Source: Candidatus Omnitrophota bacterium (GTDB lineage: Bacteria > Omnitrophota > Gorgyraeia > Zapsychrales > Fredricksoniimonadaceae). From it: 64,000 nt of DNA. The translations under genes were made by a program, and so were the position numbers. The notes under the pieces were generated by a model. It ran no database searches. It was not told the DNA's origin and saw nothing but the letters and a program-made list of their open reading frames with translations. The stretch lies in NCBI GenBank assembly GCA_044225175.1, contig JBGAJA010000006.1:65049-129048 (forward strand), written 5' to 3'. Of this stretch, positions 53,802 to 62,879 are shown piece by piece; the first letter of the stretch is position 1, and the number at the start of each line of letters is the position of its first letter.

Positions 53802-54194
53802 ATGATTAAAGGTAAGTACAAAATCGTCTATGATGGGCGATGCAGTTTTTGTGTTAGTTGTATCCGTGATTTAAAGATTATGGATTGGTTTAAGAAATGT
53901 GAATTTGCGGACTATCATGCCGCATCAGATTTAAAAGAATTGCATTCCACTTTAGATCCGAAGGTGGCTGCCAGTCAAATTCACTTGATAACCCCTGAAG
54001 GAAAGATCTATGGAGGATTTTTTGCTATCCGACAAACTGCATGGCTGATGCCTCTCATGTATCCCTTATTGCTTGTTATGTATTTACCTTTTGCTAATAA
54101 GATTGGGTCAGCTATGTATCGTTGGATTGCTTTAAACCGTTATATTCTTCATTCCCATCAAGGCTGCAAAGATAATCACTGTTTTAGACCATGA
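53802..54194 (+). CDS. DCC1-like thiol-disulfide oxidoreductase (DUF393)
   Basis: YDGRCSFC (DxxCxxC) and YRWIALNRY motifs. Confidence 0.9.
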   Translation: MIKGKYKIVYDGRCSFCVSCIRDLKIMDWFKKCEFADYHAASDLKELHSTLDPKVAASQIHLITPEGKIYGGFFAIRQTAWLMPLMYPLLLVMYLPFANKIGSAMYRWIALNRYILHSHQGCKDNHCFRP

Positions 54195-55303
54195 TTACAC
54201 ATAAAGATATCCCCAAATTTATTTGGATCCACACCATATTAATCATGGGTATTGGATTGATTGCCCTTTATAGTGCTTCTTTTAATAACTCACGCGTAGG
54301 ACAGAATGTGTTTTATGACCAACTTGTTTGTGCCTTTCTTGGGCTTATGGTCATGATGTTTTTGGCCTATTTTGATTATCGCCGGTTCTTTGATATTGCC
54401 TATGTCATTTATGGTTTCAGTCTTATTTTTCTTTTCTTTGTATTGTTTTTGGGACGTGAAGCGCTTGGTGCTACTCGTTGGTTTTCTATAGGAGGATTTA
54501 GTTTTCAGCCCTCTGAATTCAGTAAATTGGCGGTTATTTTATTTCTTGGAAGGTATTTAAGTTTGCGCAGGCCAAAACTATCTTTTAATTTTTCAGGAAA
54601 TTTAAGAGGTGTGTGGGATGATTTAGTCTTTCCTTTGATCATTATAGGTATTTCAGTGCTTTTGGTTTTTAAACAGCCTGATTTGGGTACGGCAATTTTG
54701 ATATTTGGAATTTTTATAGTGATGATTTATGCGAGCGGCATTGCTCATAAGCTTTTTCTTGGTTTTATAATTACTATTCTAGCGTTAGCGCCTTTTGTCT
54801 GGCATTTCTTGAAACCATATCAGAAGACTCGATTAACTGTGTTTTTAGATCCGAGTCATGATCCAACGGGAGCGGGTTATACAATCACTCAGTCCAAAAT
54901 CGCTGTTGGTTCTGGACAGCTTTGGGGAAAGGGATGGCTTTCTGGAACTCAAAATCAATTGAATTTTCTTCCAGAAAGACACACAGATTTTATTTTTTCA
55001 GTTATTGGAGAGGAGTGGGGGCTGATGGGAGCCTTATTCTTAGTATATTGTTACATCATGATTATTTATTGCGGATTTACGATAGCTAATTTTAACAAAG
55101 ATCGTTTTGGCCAACTGGTAACTATCGGAATTGTAGCGATATTAGCAATGCAGGTAGTGATTAATATTGCTATGGTAATTGGCTTATGTCCTGTTGTAGG
55201 AATTACCCTTCCATTTATTAGTTATGGACGCACTTCATTTATTGTTTTTGCTTTAATGATTGGCTTTTTGTTGAGCTTGAGCCGAAAAAGATCCATATTT
55301 TAA
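54191..55303 (+). CDS. rodA: Rod shape-determining protein RodA (SEDS family)
   Basis: GATRWF, FQPSEF.K, QPDLGTA, GY...QSKIAVGSG, FLPERHTDFIF, LPFISYG. Confidence 0.93.
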   Translation: MITHKDIPKFIWIHTILIMGIGLIALYSASFNNSRVGQNVFYDQLVCAFLGLMVMMFLAYFDYRRFFDIAYVIYGFSLIFLFFVLFLGREALGATRWFSIGGFSFQPSEFSKLAVILFLGRYLSLRRPKLSFNFSGNLRGVWDDLVFPLIIIGISVLLVFKQPDLGTAILIFGIFIVMIYASGIAHKLFLGFIITILALAPFVWHFLKPYQKTRLTVFLDPSHDPTGAGYTITQSKIAVGSGQLWGKGWLSGTQNQLNFLPERHTDFIFSVIGEEWGLMGALFLVYCYIMIIYCGFTIANFNKDRFGQLVTIGIVAILAMQVVINIAMVIGLCPVVGITLPFISYGRTSFIVFALMIGFLLSLSRKRSIF

Positions 55304-55376
55304 AGTCAATTTTTTATCCTAAATGGTAATTTTGTGATAAAATTCGACATGCTATATTCACAAAAAGGACAGTTCT

Positions 55377-55826
55377 ATGAAACATTTTCGTAAAATTATC
55401 AATAAGCAACTTGGGGAGATTTTAGTCGAACGGGGAATTATTACCCGTATGCAGCTGGAACAAGCTTTAAAAATTCAAAAAGAACAGAATATTCTTTTTG
55501 GAGAAGCTTTAGTGAGTTTGCAATATACGACTGAAGAAAATATTGTTCAAGCGCTCACAGCTCAGTACGGTTTCCCATACCTGCCTTTATCTAATTATGA
55601 AATTTCCCCTGAAGTCTTATCGGTTATTCCTGCCAACATTTGTAATAAGTATTGTCTTATTCCTATTGATAAAATTGGTAAGAGTTTGACTTTGGCAATG
55701 GCTAATCCTTTAAATTTGAGTGCTTTGGAAGATGTTGAATTGGTTACAAATTGTATGGTCCAAGCCTTTGTCAGCACAGCGACAGATATTAAATCAGCCA
55801 TCAAGCGATACTATGAATCAAGTTAA
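55377..55826 (+). CDS. Stand-alone MshEN / T2SSE_N domain protein (c-di-GMP-binding-like)
   Basis: QLGEILVERGIITRMQLEQALKIQ followed by FGEALV..; T2SSE_N body (LIPI..LTLAMANP); no ATPase domain. Confidence 0.85.
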   Translation: MKHFRKIINKQLGEILVERGIITRMQLEQALKIQKEQNILFGEALVSLQYTTEENIVQALTAQYGFPYLPLSNYEISPEVLSVIPANICNKYCLIPIDKIGKSLTLAMANPLNLSALEDVELVTNCMVQAFVSTATDIKSAIKRYYESS

Positions 55827-55855
55827 TGGTTTTATAGTGCCATTAATACTTAATT

Positions 55856-57574
55856 ATGCCCCCTCTTAACCAGCGTCTTATAGATATTTTTCAAAGAGAC
55901 AATCTCATCCCTTCCTCTGATATTGAACGTGCTGTCAAAGAGCATCAAAGTTCAGGACAAGAATTTAGTAGCATCCTCCTTAAGCTTAAGCTTATTTCAG
56001 AAGACCAATTAGCCATGTCCATTAGCGAAGCGCTTGATATCCCTATCATAAATTTATCTGTATTTAAGATTGATCCTACCTTGATCAAGCTGGTTCCTCG
56101 TTCCATGGCCAACAAATATCATTTGATTCCATTATCTCGTATCGGAGATCAATTGACGCTGGCAATTAAAGATCCTTTAAATATTTTTGCCATTGATAAT
56201 GTGAGGGCTGCGACCGGAATGACAGTCAATGTGGTCATGGCCAGATCTAAAGATATTCAAATGGCTATCAATAAGCTTTATACGGAAGAATCAACAGATA
56301 CTCTCGATGATATTTTAAAGGACATCAAGGAGTCTGAAGATCTAGAACTGGTCAAAGAGGGCCCTGCAAGTTCAAATAACAAAGAAGTGGAAGATCTCTC
56401 CAAAGAAGCTCCCATTATTACTTTAACAAATACGATTATTCTCCAGGCTATCTCTGCCAAGGCGAGTGATATTTTTATAGAGCCCATGGAAAATGCTCTT
56501 AGGATCAGGTATCGGGTGGATGGTTTTATTCGAGAGATGGATCGTATGTCTAAAGTCCTTCATTTTTCAATCATTTCTCGTATTAAGGTCATTTCTAATC
56601 TGGATATTGCAGAACATCGTCTGCCTCAGGATGGCCGATTTCGCATCAGTGATTCTAAGGGGGATGAAATTGATTTTCGTGTCAGTGTTCTTCCGACTGC
56701 ATTGGGCGAAAAGATTGTTATGAGAGTTTTGGATAAGAACCTAGACATGTTAGATTTAGATAAATTAGGATTTGAAGAGGATTCGTTGGTGAGGCTAAAA
56801 GAAGTTTGCACAAGACCACATGGATTGATCTTGGCTTGCGGTCCGACGGGAAGTGGAAAGACAACGACTCTATACTCCATACTTAAAGCTATTGATGATC
56901 CGGGAAAAAATATTATTACCGTTGAAGATCCTGTTGAGTTTCAGATGAAAGGTTTTAATCAGGTCAATATCCGTTCTGAGGTCGGATTGACATTTCCTTC
57001 AGCGTTACGGTCTATCCTTCGGCAAGATCCTGATGTAATTTTAATCGGAGAAATTCGAGATTCTGAGACGTTGGATATTGCTGTCAAAGCAGCTTTGACA
57101 GGCCACTTGGTTGTCTCTTCTTTACACACAACAACTGCGGCCGGTTCCATTACTCGTATGATTAACATGGGTGTTGAACCTTTTCTGGTATGTTCTTCTG
57201 TTGTTGCCATTGTAGCTCAGCGTCTCATTCGTCGTTTGTGTATTAAATGCCGCCAGTCCTATACTTTATCTCCTGAAGGTATTAAAGAGTTTCAAGTCAA
57301 CGAACTTATGCCTAATCACAACATGGTCTTTTATAAGCCTAAGGGATGTGATCATTGTTTTAATACGGGATACAAAGGGCGGGTTGGAATTACAGAAACA
57401 TTGGTGCTGACTGCTGAGATTAGAGAGTTGGTTTTAGCTCGTGCCTCTGAGATGGATATTAAGAAAAGTGCTAGAAAAAGTGGTATGAAAACAATGAGAG
57501 AAGATGCTGTTATGAAAGCTTGTCGGGGATTTACGAGTTTAGAAGAAGTGGTTCGTTTAACCATGTATGATTAA
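55856..57574 (+). CDS. pilB: Type IV pilus / T2SS assembly ATPase, PilB/GspE family, copy 1
   Basis: ASDIFIEP, PQDGRF, Walker A GPTGSGKT, TVEDPVE, LRQDPDVILIGEIRD, TGHLV.SSLHT, tetra-Cys zinc motif. Confidence 0.9.
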   Translation: MPPLNQRLIDIFQRDNLIPSSDIERAVKEHQSSGQEFSSILLKLKLISEDQLAMSISEALDIPIINLSVFKIDPTLIKLVPRSMANKYHLIPLSRIGDQLTLAIKDPLNIFAIDNVRAATGMTVNVVMARSKDIQMAINKLYTEESTDTLDDILKDIKESEDLELVKEGPASSNNKEVEDLSKEAPIITLTNTIILQAISAKASDIFIEPMENALRIRYRVDGFIREMDRMSKVLHFSIISRIKVISNLDIAEHRLPQDGRFRISDSKGDEIDFRVSVLPTALGEKIVMRVLDKNLDMLDLDKLGFEEDSLVRLKEVCTRPHGLILACGPTGSGKTTTLYSILKAIDDPGKNIITVEDPVEFQMKGFNQVNIRSEVGLTFPSALRSILRQDPDVILIGEIRDSETLDIAVKAALTGHLVVSSLHTTTAAGSITRMINMGVEPFLVCSSVVAIVAQRLIRRLCIKCRQSYTLSPEGIKEFQVNELMPNHNMVFYKPKGCDHCFNTGYKGRVGITETLVLTAEIRELVLARASEMDIKKSARKSGMKTMREDAVMKACRGFTSLEEVVRLTMYD

Positions 57575-57586
57575 CATATTTAACTT

Positions 57587-59290
57587 ATGGAATCGACTAG
57601 AGATAAAATATTCAATGCGCTTCGTCAATTGCCTAATGTTAATCAGGCAGATTTAAATGTATTGATGGTGGCGGGACGAGAGAAAGAATCGAGCCTTACT
57701 AAAGCTTTGATTAAGCAAGGCATTATTTCCGAGAAGGATTTGCTGATTTTGCTTATTCGTGAACTTCGAATTCCTTCCATTGATCTAGGTAAATATCGTT
57801 TAGAAGAACGATTAAAAGAATATATCCCTGAGAAAACTGCTAAACAATACAATATTGTTCCTCTTTCTATATTTGGTGAAACGCTTACGATTGCTGTATC
57901 TGATCCTTTGAATGTTTTTCTTGCTGATGATTTAAGAAATATCACCGGTAAGACTATAGACATTGTTCTTGCTAGCGACTCCCAAATCTCACGTGCTATA
58001 GACCAGTTTTATGCTTCCGCTTCTGAAACTTTAGCTAAAGTGACTGAAAATATGCCAGAAGCAAGTTTAGATATTATTGATGAAAGTGGTGATCAATTCA
58101 ATTTTGGTTCTGAGGTAGGGGAACAAGCGCCTGTTATTCGTATGGTCAATTTGATTATTAAGGAAGCTATTCGTCAGAGGGCTTCAGATATTCATATGGA
58201 ACCAACAGAGACAGGGATGAGAGTTAGATACCGTATTGATGGGATTTTGCAAGACATTATGACGGTTCCCTTTGAAAGTCAAAATGCTGTTGTTGTTCGT
58301 ATTAAAATCATGTCTCGTCTAGACATTACTTCATTTCAAACCCCTCAAGACGGTCGTTTTAAGATGCGTATGCCAAGCGGGGAGATTGATTTTCGTATTT
58401 CTTTACTTCCGACGACCCATGGACAAAAAGTAGTCATGAGAGTCTTAGATAAAGCAAATCTTTCTGTGGGTTTGAATAAATTAGGTTTTTCAAAAAGGTC
58501 TATGGAGATATTAGAAGAAGCCATTTATAAACCATTTGGAATGATTCTCATTACAGGGCCTACGGGAAGTGGAAAGTCAACGACCCTTTATTCATTGATT
58601 AATAAATTGAATACTCCGGAACGAAACATAATTACTGTCGAGGAGCCTGTTGAATATTTGATTGAAGGTTTAACGCAGATTGAAGTCAGACAAGACATTG
58701 GTTTGACCTTTGCTACTGGATTACGAGCTATTCTTCGTCAGTCTCCAGATATTGTCATGGTGGGAGAAATTCGCGATAAAGAAACAGCGGATATTTCGAT
58801 CAAGGCTTCTTTAACAGGACAAATGGTCCTGTCTACCTTACACACGAATGATGCGGCAGGAGCATTGACTCGTCTTGTTGATATAGGATTAGAACCATTT
58901 CTTGTTGCCTCCAGTTTGGTTGTCGTATGTGCTCAAAGGCTTTGTCGCCGGCTTTGTCCTCATTGTAAGGTCCCCGTTGAGGTTCCGGAGTCTGCCTTAA
59001 GAAGAATCAAAGATAAAGTTAAACCCGGGACAGTTTTTTATGAAGGCAAGGGATGTGATCGATGTCGTCATAAGGGATATTTAGGTCGTATGGGGGTCAC
59101 GGAGATTTTGCAAATAGATGATCATATTCGTGACATGTTGCTGCGAGGAGAATCATCAGATGCTATTTCACATTATGCGCAAGAAAAACAAGGGATGAAA
59201 TTGCTTTTCGATGATGGCCTTGATAAAATGTTTCAAGGTGAGACGACATTATCAGAAGTTATGCGTATTGCTTCAGCAGGATCAGAGTAA
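57587..59290 (+). CDS. pilB: Type IV pilus / T2SS assembly ATPase, PilB/GspE family, copy 2
   Basis: ASDIHMEP, PQDGRF, GPTGSGKST, LRQSPDIVMVGEIRD, STLHTNDA, tetra-Cys zinc motif. Confidence 0.9.
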   Translation: MESTRDKIFNALRQLPNVNQADLNVLMVAGREKESSLTKALIKQGIISEKDLLILLIRELRIPSIDLGKYRLEERLKEYIPEKTAKQYNIVPLSIFGETLTIAVSDPLNVFLADDLRNITGKTIDIVLASDSQISRAIDQFYASASETLAKVTENMPEASLDIIDESGDQFNFGSEVGEQAPVIRMVNLIIKEAIRQRASDIHMEPTETGMRVRYRIDGILQDIMTVPFESQNAVVVRIKIMSRLDITSFQTPQDGRFKMRMPSGEIDFRISLLPTTHGQKVVMRVLDKANLSVGLNKLGFSKRSMEILEEAIYKPFGMILITGPTGSGKSTTLYSLINKLNTPERNIITVEEPVEYLIEGLTQIEVRQDIGLTFATGLRAILRQSPDIVMVGEIRDKETADISIKASLTGQMVLSTLHTNDAAGALTRLVDIGLEPFLVASSLVVVCAQRLCRRLCPHCKVPVEVPESALRRIKDKVKPGTVFYEGKGCDRCRHKGYLGRMGVTEILQIDDHIRDMLLRGESSDAISHYAQEKQGMKLLFDDGLDKMFQGETTLSEVMRIASAGSE

Positions 59291-59300
59291 TGGAGGGAAA

Positions 59301-59726
59301 ATGGATCAGAAGTTGATGATAGGGGAGATTTTAATTAAGCGTAAGCTTATCACACAAGAGCAGCTTGATGAGGCGCTTGATATACAGAAAAAAGAAAAAG
59401 GTTTTATAGGTGAAATTTTAGTTAAGTTGGGGTATCTTGAAGAGCAAGATATTGTAGTAGCTTTGGTTGTCCAATGTGATTTGCCCTACATTGCCATAAA
59501 TAAGTACGACGTTATGCCAGAGATTCTCAAAATGATCCCTAAGGATGTGGCGATGAGAGAGAGAATTGTTCCATTGGACTGTATTGGAAATATTTTGAGT
59601 GTGGTGATGATGAGTCCTTGCAGTGAAGAAAAGAAAGTTTATTTGGAAGAAATAACAAAGTGTAAAGTGGCTACTTTTATTTCAACTAAGACTGAAATTG
59701 ATCAAGCAATTCAACGTTTGTATTAA
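59301..59726 (+). CDS. Stand-alone MshEN / T2SSE_N domain protein, copy 2
   Basis: IGEILIKRKLITQEQLDEALDIQ..FIGEILVKLGYL tandem motif; GGAGG RBS before ATG 59301. Confidence 0.85.
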   Translation: MDQKLMIGEILIKRKLITQEQLDEALDIQKKEKGFIGEILVKLGYLEEQDIVVALVVQCDLPYIAINKYDVMPEILKMIPKDVAMRERIVPLDCIGNILSVVMMSPCSEEKKVYLEEITKCKVATFISTKTEIDQAIQRLY

Positions 59727-59743
59727 TAAATTGAGGTCTAAAT

Positions 59744-60961
59744 ATGCCAACATACAAATATGTAGCTCGTGATCAAGAAGGTAAAAATGTTTCAGGTAAA
59801 ATTGCTGCTGATAATGAGACTTTAATTGTTGCGGAACTTCGTAAACGAAATTTAATTATTGTTACAATTGACGAGGAAAGATCTTCTTCTGCTCAAACTG
59901 CTACCCCTAAGTTTAAGGGGGGCAAGAAAATGAAGTCTGAAGACATTGTTATTTTTACCCGTCAATTCGCCACAATGGTGGATGCGGGCATTCCCATTTT
60001 ACAATGTCTGGAAGCATTAGGGGAGCAAGCTTCAAATCCTTCGTTTAAATCAACAATCAGCGTTATTCGAGAAGATATTCAGCTAGGAAGTAGCCTTTCT
60101 TCAGCATTTGCAAAGCATCCTCAGGTATTTGATCAATTGTACATCAATATGTTAAGGGTTGGGGAAACGGGGGGTATTCTAAGTACGATTCTTGATCGTG
60201 TTGCATTGTATTTAGAAAAATCTGAGAAATTGAAACAGAAAGTTCAAGCGGCTATGATCTATCCTGCAGTTGTAGTAGGAATGGCTTTAGCGATCACAAC
60301 ACTACTTCTTGTTAAGGTTGTTCCAACATTTGCCCAGATTTACGATTCTTTAGGTCAGAAATTGCCTGCTATGACGCAAGTGTTAATTGATACTAGTAAT
60401 TTTCTGCAGCATCAGTTTATTTTAATCATTGGTATCATTGTTGCGGTGGTTGTTGGATTTAACAGATACCGTAAAACTAAACAAGGAAGGTACCAAACAG
60501 ATTCAATTGCATTACAATTGCCTATTTTTGGAGATTTAATTTGTAAAGTCTCGGTTAGTCGTTTTAGCCGAACTTTCTCTACGTTATCTCAAAGTGGGGT
60601 TGCGATTTTGGAAACATTAGATATTGTTGGCAAAACTTGTGGAAATAGTGTGATTGAGGCTTTAGTTGATGAGGTTAAGCTGAGTGTGCGTGAAGGTGAA
60701 AGTATTGCTATTCCTTTGTCTAAAAGTAAAGTTTTCCCCCCCATGGTTACGCGTATGATTTCAATTGGAGAAAAATCAGGTCAACTTGAAAAAATGCTTT
60801 CTAAAGTTGCTGAATTCTATGATGATCAAGTTGACACTGCGGTTGAAGGTTTGACTAAGTTAATTGAGCCTTTGATCATCGCTTTCTTGGGAATCGTGGT
60901 TGGTTTTATTGTCGTTGCTTTATTTATGCCAATTTTAAATTTAACTGCAAACATGCGTTAA
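59744..60961 (+). CDS. pilC: Type IV pilus / T2SS inner-membrane platform protein PilC/GspF
   Basis: MPTYKY.A, FTRQFATMVDAGIP, GETGG.L, AMIYP, GEKSGQL, EPLII motifs. Confidence 0.93.
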   Translation: MPTYKYVARDQEGKNVSGKIAADNETLIVAELRKRNLIIVTIDEERSSSAQTATPKFKGGKKMKSEDIVIFTRQFATMVDAGIPILQCLEALGEQASNPSFKSTISVIREDIQLGSSLSSAFAKHPQVFDQLYINMLRVGETGGILSTILDRVALYLEKSEKLKQKVQAAMIYPAVVVGMALAITTLLLVKVVPTFAQIYDSLGQKLPAMTQVLIDTSNFLQHQFILIIGIIVAVVVGFNRYRKTKQGRYQTDSIALQLPIFGDLICKVSVSRFSRTFSTLSQSGVAILETLDIVGKTCGNSVIEALVDEVKLSVREGESIAIPLSKSKVFPPMVTRMISIGEKSGQLEKMLSKVAEFYDDQVDTAVEGLTKLIEPLIIAFLGIVVGFIVVALFMPILNLTANMR

Positions 60962-60967
60962 TCATTT

Positions 60968-61963
60968 ATGAAGCCCGTGAAGATATTTCAGTTTTTCTTA
61001 ACAGTATTCATTTCTTTTGTTTGCTTTCCGGCAAAAGCAGAGGAAGCTTTCTCGGAGAATTTAGCTCAGAGTTTGGTTGAGCTGAAGAATAATGTGGAGC
61101 AATTAACTGTCTCCAATCAAACTCTGGCGCTAAAAAATGATCAACTCAAAGCAGATTTAAAAGGCATTCAAATTACTTCCCAGAAATTGTTGCAAGAAAA
61201 TAGTCGTCTTGAAGCGGATAAAGCTAAATTACAGGAATCAACCCCTCTTAAAGCTGAGCAAATTGAGCGAGAAAATAAAAACATTGCTGATTTGGATCAA
61301 CAAATCGCCTCTTTGGCTCAGCAAACTAAAGATTTTCAAAATACTTTGGAAAGTAAGGAAAAAGAAGAAAAAGATTTGTCTGGGCAAATGCAACAATTAT
61401 CTCAACCGAAGGAAAAGGTTTCAGAAGACCTGCCTGTTAATTTATCAAAAGTTTTATTACAGAAGCAAAAAGAAAAACTTGCCATACTTAAATTGATTTC
61501 TGAGAGTGAGAACCGTCAGCAAATGTTGCAGGAGAAATTCTTAGATTCTAAGAAAGTCGTTCCTGGAGAAGGTAGTCTTGATAATGATAAAACGCCTAAA
61601 AAGGAATACCTTAATGCTCAGATTGTCCAATTGCAAGATGAAATTGGGCGTCTCAACGCGTTTTTAAGTGCTGATTCAAAAAGTGGTTGGAGTGAACAGC
61701 AAATTCAAGAGTTAGAGGGAAGTGTTAATAAGTTAGAGAGAAATAGCGAGGAATTAAGAGCATTAATTAAAAGAATGCAATTTAAGGCCCAACAATTAGA
61801 CAGCAAAAAAGATCAAAATTATGAACATGCTAAGATTCAATCACAGCTTGACCAACTTAAACGCGACAGGCGTAGTTTAAAAATTGATTTGGCTGAACTC
61901 CAGCAGCAAATGGTTATTTTAGACAAAAGAAAATCTTCTCTGGAAGCGCTTTCTAGAAAATAG
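60968..61963 (+). CDS. Secreted long coiled-coil protein of unknown function
   Basis: Signal peptide (AKA-E) followed by ~300 aa of heptad Leu/Gln/Glu/Lys-rich sequence. Confidence 0.75.
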   Translation: MKPVKIFQFFLTVFISFVCFPAKAEEAFSENLAQSLVELKNNVEQLTVSNQTLALKNDQLKADLKGIQITSQKLLQENSRLEADKAKLQESTPLKAEQIERENKNIADLDQQIASLAQQTKDFQNTLESKEKEEKDLSGQMQQLSQPKEKVSEDLPVNLSKVLLQKQKEKLAILKLISESENRQQMLQEKFLDSKKVVPGEGSLDNDKTPKKEYLNAQIVQLQDEIGRLNAFLSADSKSGWSEQQIQELEGSVNKLERNSEELRALIKRMQFKAQQLDSKKDQNYEHAKIQSQLDQLKRDRRSLKIDLAELQQQMVILDKRKSSLEALSRK

Positions 61964-62010
61964 AAACCATTGATATTAAAAGGTTTATGTCATTTTATCG
62001 GTGGCCAAAT

Positions 62011-62039
62011 TTGACAGTCTTCTGGGAGGATGCTACACT
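62011..62039 (+). promoter_or_regulatory. Putative sigma70 promoter ~380 nt upstream of the pilin
   Basis: TTGACA-17 nt-TACACT with extended TG. Confidence 0.65.
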
Positions 62040-62418
62040 TTAGGTGTGGTTGTATAGCTATTTGATAAAGGGATTTTTAAACACCGGGATTACTGGGGAA
62101 ATGCAGATTGAGAGAATACAATGTCCTTCTATATACTCAATAATGCTCAATCCTGCCTAAAATGCTCCTAATCCAAACAAAAGACAGATGGACTGTGTCT
62201 TTAAAAGATGAGAAAATTAAAGACAAAAAAGAACATTTTGTTCTTTAAAAAAGCAAATCGTTGTTTTAGTATACTGGCAACGAGAAAGGAGGAGCTAAGC
62301 AAAAAGGTTTTGTCTTAGTAGTTGTTGAGATCTTTAAGGGAAAAATCTCGTTATCATACATACAAAATACTCTTAAAACTCAATACATTTTAATGGTTTA
62401 ATTTTAAGGAGAATAAAC

Positions 62419-62820
62419 ATGAGAAAATTCACATCTAAATCTTCAGGGTTCACATTAGTGGAAATTATGATCGTTGTTGCGATCATCGCTTTATTAGCGG
62501 CAATCGCAATTCCAAACTTGCTTCGTGCTAAGATGTCAGCTAATGACGCTTTAGCTAAAGCAACCATTCGTTCTATGTCAACTGCAGCTGAAAGTTTTGC
62601 TACAGCCCAACAAGGTAATTATCCAGCTGATGAAGCATCATTAACAAATGCTACTCCACCATATGCTAATAAAGCATATTGTACTCAAACCATTTCGGGT
62701 TATACGTATACTTGCCCAACAATGGATACAAGTGGTTATACTTTTGTGGCAACACCTGTAACTACTGGGACATCAGGTTCAACAACATACACAGTTACAA
62801 CAGGTGGTGTTTTGAACTAA
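62419..62820 (+). CDS. Type IV pilin (probable major pilin)
   Basis: Class III signal peptide G|FTLVEIMIVVAIIALLAAIAIP, Cys pair, AAGGAG RBS, own terminator. Confidence 0.92.
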   Translation: MRKFTSKSSGFTLVEIMIVVAIIALLAAIAIPNLLRAKMSANDALAKATIRSMSTAAESFATAQQGNYPADEASLTNATPPYANKAYCTQTISGYTYTCPTMDTSGYTFVATPVTTGTSGSTTYTVTTGGVLN

Positions 62821-62845
62821 GCTGTAAAGCATTAAATGGTTTATT

Positions 62846-62879
62846 AAAGACCTCGCTAGTATTAGCGAGGTCTTTTTTT
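62846..62879 (+). terminator. Rho-independent terminator after pilin (possibly bidirectional)
   Basis: AAAGACCTCGCTA-gtat-TAGCGAGGTCTTT stem followed by T-run, between convergent genes. Confidence 0.85.

Noticed and set aside
62270-62330. c-di-GMP-I (GEMM) riboswitch upstream of the pilin (GGCAA..GAAAG..GCAAA-like words)
   Set aside because: I could not build the required P1/P2 pairings around these words; kept only as a generic structured leader.
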